Part shown: positions 57,650 to 64,000 of the stretch, in pieces
Layout: the number at the start of each line of letters is the position of its first letter
Position numbering within the stretch: position 1 is the first letter of the stretch
Assembly: GCA_964016885.1 (NCBI GenBank)
Contig: OZ024758.1
Coordinates: forward strand, 12,400,001 to 12,464,000
Origin: Eledone cirrhosa
Lineage: Eukaryota
Reading direction: 5' to 3'
Length of the DNA stretch: 64,000 nt
Translations under genes and position numbers: made by a program
The notes under the pieces: generated by a model
What the model saw: only the letters and a program-made list of their open reading frames with translations
The model's database searches: none
What the model was told of the DNA's origin: nothing

Positions 57650-60600
57650 GCCCGTTTGTATATGGAAATGATATAGAGTGAATGGCAGATTGATGAAAGT
57701 GGTATGGTACACGTGTGTGCAAGGGAAGGGGTGTCTGTATGGGTGGGTGCATAAAAATATCCAGACTAGAGTGTCACACTTACCTTTTGATGCGCACCAG
57801 AGCACAAAGAAGGTAGAGAGATATAAGACCCAATGCAAATACAATGTAACCGGTAAGAGCAGTTAATAAACCTTCAAAATGGGACGCCACAACCTAGAAT
57901 AACAATAAAGAAAGCATTATTATAAGAGAGAGAGATAGCAGAAAAATATGAGAAATAAGTTAAAGCCAGAGTGATAATTGTTTCTATTTTTTTAACTCAG
58001 ATCATAAAGGGCCGTAACTCTGTGCTGCAAAGCACGGTGTCCGACCCTCTACCGATACTGCCAATCCACCGCCCTTTAATTAAAGACAATAATAACAAGA
58101 AAATTACAGAGAGAGAGAGAGACCGAGGGAGGGGAAAAGATGGGGATGGAGGGAGAAGGAGAGATGAAGATAGGGGAGAGATGTCAGGAGAGAGAGAGCA
58201 AAAATAAAAGTTTGATATTCTAACTTACAAAATCATCAATTTTAAGGCCAACCAAAGTAAAATGACCAATGTGATATGGACAAAATGCTGAAATATAAAC
58301 AAGAAAAAGTCAAATTTAAGGCAGCAATATTTTCACACGAATATATAAACTAAACCTTAACCCTTTCATTAATGTATTTATAATGAAATATACTCTCTTT
58401 GAATTGATTAATGCAGAATTTTGAAGGATTTACTCAAATGATTAGCTATTTCGTATAACAACTTAAAATATGGTTGTAGTATAGTATGCTGGAAGATATA
58501 AATTTATATAGGAATTGTTTGAAATGGATGGTATTTCCTGACCCTTCTTCCTGCATCGATCATCATCCATGTGCATCACATGTCTGTACCAGCACAGTCC
58601 TCTCTACTGCACCTGTACATATGTCTATGAAATGTTCAGTCACTTACATTGGAACATTCATCAAACCCACCAAAGGTTCATTCCATTACAATACTTCCAC
58701 ACATCATCATACAACCCATTTTTTTTTTTTAGAATTACGAATTTATAATTTCAAAGGAGTCTATATGTAACAAAGAAACAATGTAACATGATACTTACCA
58801 AACACCAAAATAAAGAGTGTATTCAGAGATACAACCCAGAAAACATGCTCCTGAAACAAATATTTAAAAAGATATCTCATGAGAAATGTGAACACAAATA
58901 ATCATATGAGTCACTTTATTCAAAATACCGTATTCCCTGGCATCGAAGACGCTACTTTTTTCCTAAAATAAGTCACAAAAATCTACCATGGTGTCTGTCC
59001 TGGAGGCCGAAGGTTGTTTATTATTTCTTTTTTCAAATTTTTGGTTATCAAAATTAAGGAATGTCCTCAAGGATGAAGCGTTTTCAGCGCCGGGAAATAC
59101 GGTACGTAAAATTGAAGAAGCAAATTTACATAGAGTATTTACTTGTGTATAAGGAGAGAAATTTAATTTTTTTTAAATGTCTAAATTTGTGGGTAACATC
59201 ATGGTATGGTATGGAATGGTATGGTTCTGTAACTCTTGATAGAGTCAAAGGGCCACTGTAGTAACATACAGCATTTCTAGGGCAATTTTTAAAACCTTCA
59301 CACACAGAGAAGCTGCTTGTTATCAATTTTTTACATCTATTTTCCATGCTTGTATGTATTAGTCAGGTTGTTACATTCTATGGCTAGACAAGTCAGAAGA
59401 CTATGTCTTATACAGTCCATCTTTAGACTGGTTTCTATGGTTGGATATCATTACTAACTGGTTATTATAATCAAAATTAATCCCTAAAGTCTTTATTTGC
59501 TTAATGTTGTCAGCCGTTTTTTATTATCAAAAAGACTCTAACCTGAACTAATCACAATAAGCATCAACCACTATGTGAGTATATATCATGTTAAATATAC
59601 TTTAGATTATCTTGTTAAACATACTTACAAGGAACACCAGTGAGCCATCTAAACCCAACAACTACAAAGAAAGAAAAAGAACAAAACAAGAAGTATTATA
59701 AGATATGTTAAATATTAAGAGATTAGATAAGAAATGGTCAGAACTCATCAGCTAAAATATGTCTACATTTGTGTATTAGAAAAAGAAACCAATCTTAAAC
59801 CAATCACAAAAACAAAATATTGATAACTGTTGAAGGTTTTCATTTAACAAGGTTCTCATGACTTCATGGGAACCAACTCAAGTGAGATGTAGGAGGGGAA
59901 GACCTGCTCGAACCTTCATCGATCAACTCTCAGATTCCCACAATAGTTATTAGAGTGTACAGTGAAATTCCGTTATATCGAAATTCATGGGGTATACAAA
60001 AAATTTGTTGTAACGAAAAATTCTTTACAACGAGATCGAGTAAAACAAATCAAGGGTTTGTTTGTTATTACCTTGGGGACTGAAAAAAATTTCCTTATAA
60101 TGGTATTTGTTATAACGGAATTTTAACTTGTATATGGTATTTTAAAACATCACCATGGCCCCTATCAATAAAGAAGACCAAATTCAGATCACTTACTCTC
60201 TCCCATGTAAGTTCTTCTGCTGCTCGGTCCCATTCAATAGGATTCCAATTATTGTCATCTGAAGAAATAAAAATATCGACAATATAGATGGGAAAAACGG
60301 GAATATGGTAAGGATATGATGATGATAGTGGTGATGAAGGTGATGGTGGTGATGATGATAATGGAGATGGTGATGATGGAGGAGGAGAAGACAATGCAGA
60401 GAGTGGAGATGAACTTCTGACAGAAGGAGCAACATAAAATAAAGGGTCTTGCTCAAGGACACAACACATCACCCAGTCCAGGAATTGAACTCACAACCTC
60501 ACAGCTGTGAATCCAACTCTCTAACCACACCTTACGAAACCAGTGAAAAATCGAAAAAAAAAAAAAAAAAAAAAAAACCTCACCTTGAGCAGCATTGTTA

Positions 60601-63600
60601 GGCCCCATTGCAATTACATCAAAGACTTCCACTTCTGGAGCACCAGCTACACCCTCTTCATTCAGATTCCCTCCTTCTCCAGCCCCGGCAGCAGCACCAT
60701 TACCTTCTGCGTTGGCATTACCAACCATACCACGACCAATAGGTGCCATACCCATCAAATTATTCATTACACCTCCTTCAAAAAAATTCTGCAAATAAAC
60801 AAACATAAAAGATATTGGTTTCTGTTGACAAGGGGAACTGAAGCCCTCTAATATCAGGGACGGGCGGGCGGGAAAGTGTGAAGTTACAGTGTTCATGCCT
60901 TTCCATTGCACACAAAGATTTTAATCATCATCTTCTTCACCCAGTTATTCCTGGGGGGGGTCGTGGGGGCAGGGTTCTCAAACACTCCTTCCAGCAGGTC
61001 CAGTCAGAAGCAAACGTCTCCAACTGATTCAGCTGGATCCCCAACTGAGACCAGCCAAGCTCATGGGCTAAATAGCCTCTCCAAGCCCGGTGTGTACGGC
61101 TACACCCCCCCTCAAGACATGACCCAAACAAAACAAAGTGATGGAAGTCAATCGGAGAGGGAGGGGTTCCTCCAACAGGAGTGAATAAGCCCTGGATAGG
61201 ATTAGATATATATGTAGGTAACACAGTAAAAAGTTCCCAGTCCACACTGTAAATGTGGTTGGTGTTAGGAAGGGCATCCAGCCGTAGAAAACCTGCCAGA
61301 TAGTCCTATACATCTAACCTATGCTAGCATGGAAGATAGACGTTAAACGATGATGATGATGATGTGTGTGTGTGTGCCATACCTTTGACATGACCAATAC
61401 CAAACAGAAAGTGGTGGAAGTCAACCAGGGAGGGAGAAGGTTCCTCAAACAGGAGTGAGAATGCCCTGGGCTGGATTAGATTGGGTTGGGTTGGGTCTTA
61501 CAATGGTGATTGAGGGAAGAGAAGAAGAATAAACAATGACTCCTACTGCCAACTTACCCTTCCTTGGTTATTTGCTTCATCTTCCTGCTCCAGCCAGTCT
61601 GGACCACCACCGTGGAGTATCTGTTCTCTTAACCAAACTAAACTGATAAACGCACACAGTGTGCAAGTCACCACAAAACAACCTTGAAAAGAATCTGATA
61701 CTATATTTTCTCTGAAAGAAGAAGAAAATAATAATGATAGTAATAATTGTTTCTACGTTAGGCACAAGGCCAGCAATTACCCCAGTGTATTACTGGTACT
61801 TTATTTTATTTATTTTATCGACCCCGTAAGGATGAAAGGCAAAGTTAACCTCGGCAGGATTTGTACTCAGAATGGCAAGGGCCGTAACTCTATGCGTCAA
61901 AGCATGGCGTCCGACCCTCTACCGATACTGCCAATCCGCCGCCTTAATGATAATGATAGTAATAATAATAACTATTACTTCTACTTTTGCCACAAGGCCA
62001 GCAATTATCCCAGTGTATTACTGGTACTTTATTTTATCGACCCCCGTAAGGATGAAAGGTAAAGTTAACCTCGGCGGGATTTGAACTCAGAATGGCAAGG
62101 GCCGTAACTCCATGCTGCAAAGCACAACATCCAACCCTCTAACGATACTGCCAATCCACCATAATAATAATGATTTCTACTTTAGGCACAAGGCCAGCAA
62201 TTTTGGGAGAGGGGAAAGTCAATCGACCCCACTGCATTACTGGTGTTTATTTTGACAAGTGAGGTACAGGTGTCGTAGCTGTACTAGTAGTAGTGGTGGT
62301 GGTAGTGGCAGAGGTAAGGAAACATATCAGTTGAAGGGGGATTGTAGTGTGTTGGTGAATCAAAGTGGAGTTGGCTGCCACCAGGTGTGAGCCCCGCAGG
62401 GTGGATTGGCTGTCAGTGTGTCTCTCTCGCCTGCCTCCAGAGCAATGTCTTCTCCATCCAGTCAGCCGGGACCATGAGGTGGCCAACATATTAGGGTAGG
62501 GTGGCAGTCTACAGACATGCATAGACTGGAGAGAAATAAAGCAGCCATTCTTCGTTACATGTGCAACGTAAATGTGAGAGAAAATCAGAGCTTGGATGAA
62601 CTGAGGGAAAATCTGGGTTTAAGAGGAAGCTAAAGAAGTGTGCAGGAAAGAAGACCTCGTTGGTATGGACATGTGATGTGCAAGAATGAAGATCATTGGT
62701 TGAACAACAACAGTATGTCTGACACCAGAAACTGTTTCAGTTTTTCAGTTGACTACACTCTCAGAGCATAATACAACTGAGTTAGATAATATAAAGAGCT
62801 AAACTTACGTGGATAACATATCCAAAGGTAAAGTTAATAAAGAGCTCACAGATCCTGTGAATAAACATCTGTAGATTCGACCTGAAAAGCAGAAAGAATA
62901 AAAATAAAGTCATTTTGTGAACAAAGTAAAATATATTTCTAGTTTATCAAACTAGTTCATGGAAGCTGTTATGTAATGTTAAGATATTCTTTCGGTCATT
63001 ACTGGACATAAAACAAAGCATTGCATTCTTTTGGTCATTACTGGACATAAAATCAAGGACTGCATTCTTTCGGTTATTATCAGACATAAAACCAAGGAAC
63101 ATATTCTTTCGGTCACAACTACACATAAACCTAAGGATGTAAAATGCTAGTTGATCATACTTACATGCTGTAAGTGGAACAACTCCAAGCCAAGCAAATG
63201 CAACTAATGTGTAATGAAACCAGTACCGGACAGCTCGTCCAATACTAGTTAGCAAACCACTGAAAATATCTTTAATGGGTAATCGTTTTGGCATGTCTGG
63301 TGAATAAACTGGACAAAGGAAAGAAAAAAAGAAAAGTCAGTAAAAAATAAAAGAAAAACATTTGTAAAGATGTTTTTTGTTTTTTTATAAATGTTTCACT
63401 GCCAAAATAATAATACTAATAATAATAAAGGCCCTAGATTAATTGGTTAAATGTCTCAAATCGATTGTATTTGTTCAACTTCTTAGTATTAACTTGTTAA
63501 CTACACAACCAATCCATCATCTACCTCTTAACTGAGCAGTTCTTAGTTTAAAATTAAAATGGAAAATCGACATTAAAAAAATGACTTACTTGGTGTGAAA

Positions 63601-63663
63601 GCAAATCTGTATTTACATAACTCACAGTACTCCTTTTTGCTGTATTTCAACCACTGAACCAGG
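45223..63663 (-). CDS. MARCHF6: E3 ubiquitin-protein ligase MARCHF6 (TEB4/Doa10 orthologue), 22 coding exons in window, N-terminal RING-CH exons beyond 64000
   Basis: Exons (- strand) 63590-63663, 63165-63308, 62809-62881, 61558-61711, 60584-60788, 60197-60258, 59629-59661, 58799-58850, 58229-58287, 57784-57893, 56695-56809, 56041-56244, 55421-55471, 53264-53548, 51823-52254, 50740-50809, 49817-49998, 49535-49669, 48807-48896, 48340-48472, 46374-46509, 45223-45487. Phases consistent. Diagnostic peptides: [117 protein letters not shown]. Confidence 0.97.
46374..46509 (-). CDS. MARCHF6: MARCHF6 exon
   Basis: RRIYPMLL...FQARQFKRLYEHIKND. Confidence 0.95.
46555..47890. repeat. 34/38-bp minisatellite, ~1.3 kb, in a MARCHF6 intron
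   Basis: Unit cactagtaacaaactggtttgttgagatagaact; variants gactt and an extra aaac. Confidence 0.97.
48340..48472 (-). CDS. MARCHF6: MARCHF6 exon
   Basis: VYNDGFRNMNVRFI...APVI...VPYVI. Confidence 0.94.
48807..48896 (-). CDS. MARCHF6: MARCHF6 exon
   Basis: [30 protein letters not shown]. Confidence 0.95.
49535..49669 (-). CDS. MARCHF6: MARCHF6 exon
   Basis: GVIPLLLGMLFELVIVVPLKVPIDQTPLYFPWQ. Confidence 0.95.
49817..49998 (-). CDS. MARCHF6: MARCHF6 exon
   Basis: VFIGRKIM...KVHELYTAACGLYMCW...WIPQG. Confidence 0.95.
50398..50706. repeat. ~108-bp tandem triplication
   Basis: ctgtctacctgtcacaccaacagggtcgttaatatt...aaaatagttatc x3. Confidence 0.9.
50740..50809 (-). CDS. MARCHF6: MARCHF6 exon
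   Basis: VFLLVVFMCITLFIASLISLVVP. Confidence 0.93.
50940..51620 (-). mobile_element. RTE-like LINE 3' fragment with a ~120-bp segment tandemly iterated about 4 times
   Basis: Repeated gagacattctaaccacatg...gtgactctctgatctccgagcta units. Confidence 0.75.
51823..52254 (-). CDS. MARCHF6: MARCHF6 exon, Gly/Ala/Pro-rich loop
   Basis: DNIIYG...GLGAVHQAMLQGGGPTGFQAYKRSSFFSIR. Confidence 0.92.
53264..53548 (-). CDS. MARCHF6: MARCHF6 exon
   Basis: VIFGSTVLLMLWLP...ELSLELLLLQVVLPALLEQG...LDLRSYLIGD. Confidence 0.96.
55421..55471 (-). CDS. MARCHF6: MARCHF6 exon
   Basis: MIHLPVYRHVRRFIASV. Confidence 0.93.
56041..56244 (-). CDS. MARCHF6: MARCHF6 exon
   Basis: AMFDATLKDR...HWLVGMVYVFYFASFILLLREVLRPGLLWFLRNLNDPEFNPIQE. 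Confidence 0.96.
56695..56809 (-). CDS. MARCHF6: MARCHF6 exon
   Basis: [38 protein letters not shown]; alternative acceptor would start at 56803. Confidence 0.92.
56935..57270 (-). mobile_element. RTE-like LINE 3' end with (ACTAAG)n-like tail
   Basis: NEEVMRRSG...RRRRFAGHILR...W.P..GRRERGRPRKTWRSTF...DR.KWR; other RTE-like ends at ~24485-24715 and ~62520-62705. Confidence 0.8.
57784..57893 (-). CDS. MARCHF6: MARCHF6 exon
   Basis: VVASHFEGLLTALTGYIVFALG. Confidence 0.93.
58229..58287 (-). CDS. MARCHF6: MARCHF6 exon
   Basis: AFCPYHIGHFTLVGLKIDDF. Confidence 0.93.
58799..58850 (-). CDS. MARCHF6: MARCHF6 exon
   Basis: [17 protein letters not shown]. Confidence 0.95.
59629..59661 (-). CDS. MARCHF6: MARCHF6 33-nt micro-exon
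   Basis: [11 protein letters not shown]. Confidence 0.93.
60197..60258 (-). CDS. MARCHF6: MARCHF6 exon
   Basis: [21 protein letters not shown]. Confidence 0.95.
60584..60788 (-). CDS. MARCHF6: MARCHF6 exon, low-complexity loop
   Basis: NFFEGGVMNN...NNAAQ; phases fit both neighbours. Confidence 0.85.
61558..61711 (-). CDS. MARCHF6: MARCHF6 exon
   Basis: ENIVSDSFQGCFVVTCTLCAFISLVWLREQILHGGGPDWLE. Confidence 0.95.
62809..62881 (-). CDS. MARCHF6: MARCHF6 exon
   Basis: CRIYRCLFTGSVSSLLTLPLDMLS. Confidence 0.95.
62985..63135. repeat. 39-bp degenerate tandem repeat, ~4 units
   Basis: ttctttcggtcattactggacataaaa... units. Confidence 0.85.
63165..63308 (-). CDS. MARCHF6: MARCHF6 exon
   Basis: IYSPDMPKRLPIKDIF...AWLGVVPLTA. 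Confidence 0.96.
63590..63663 (-). CDS. MARCHF6: MARCHF6 exon, end of RING-CH
   Basis: [25 protein letters not shown]. Confidence 0.96.
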
Positions 63664-64000
63664 CTGCAAGGAAAATATAAAAATAGTAAATAAAAATAAA
63701 ATAAAATATAATATATATATATATATATATATACATACACACATAATTTTAATTTCATTTTTAACCCTTTAGCATTTAAACCGTCCATATCCGGCCAAAA
63801 TTTTCTCACCTCTTTCTGTCCAAACTGGCCATAACAGGCCACTCACACTGATGTTAAGGTATTGTTCTCAAAATAAATAAGATCAAAATCTCATAGATTT
63901 GATATTACATGAAATAAAGTGTTTACCGTGAAAATATAATAATATATATAGAGTAATGTAAATATAGAGTAACATAAATACAATAGTATATATAGAGTAA

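Overview
AT-rich, microsatellite-saturated eukaryotic DNA. The SINE repertoire points to a coleoid cephalopod, probably an octopod (inference). Most entries in the ORF track are microsatellite artefacts. I reconstructed two convergent intron-rich genes by hand, with every splice phase consistent. (1) A + strand ADAMTS metalloprotease: 23 coding exons, 4184-33877, with prodomain, furin site, HEIGHSFGLEHD zinc motif, disintegrin-like, TSR, Cys-rich and spacer domains, 5 further TSRs and PLAC. Its signal-peptide exon was not securely located. (2) A - strand MARCHF6/TEB4/Doa10 E3 ligase: 22 coding exons, 63663-45223, with the 5' end outside the window. Introns carry two tRNA-derived SINE families, RTE-like LINE fragments, several MITEs and minisatellites. 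The most notable signal is a set of short non-coding elements from several different families, mostly embedded in or next to (TA)n tracts. They carry type I hammerhead ribozyme motifs (stem I-CUGANGA-stem II-GAAA-short, often palindromic stem III-UH-stem I), and many are near-perfect fold-back palindromes, resembling Penelope-like pLTR or retrozyme remnants. In the ADAMTS introns, solitary intact hammerheads are antisense to the gene, while sense copies are masked by an upstream antisense arm or broken.
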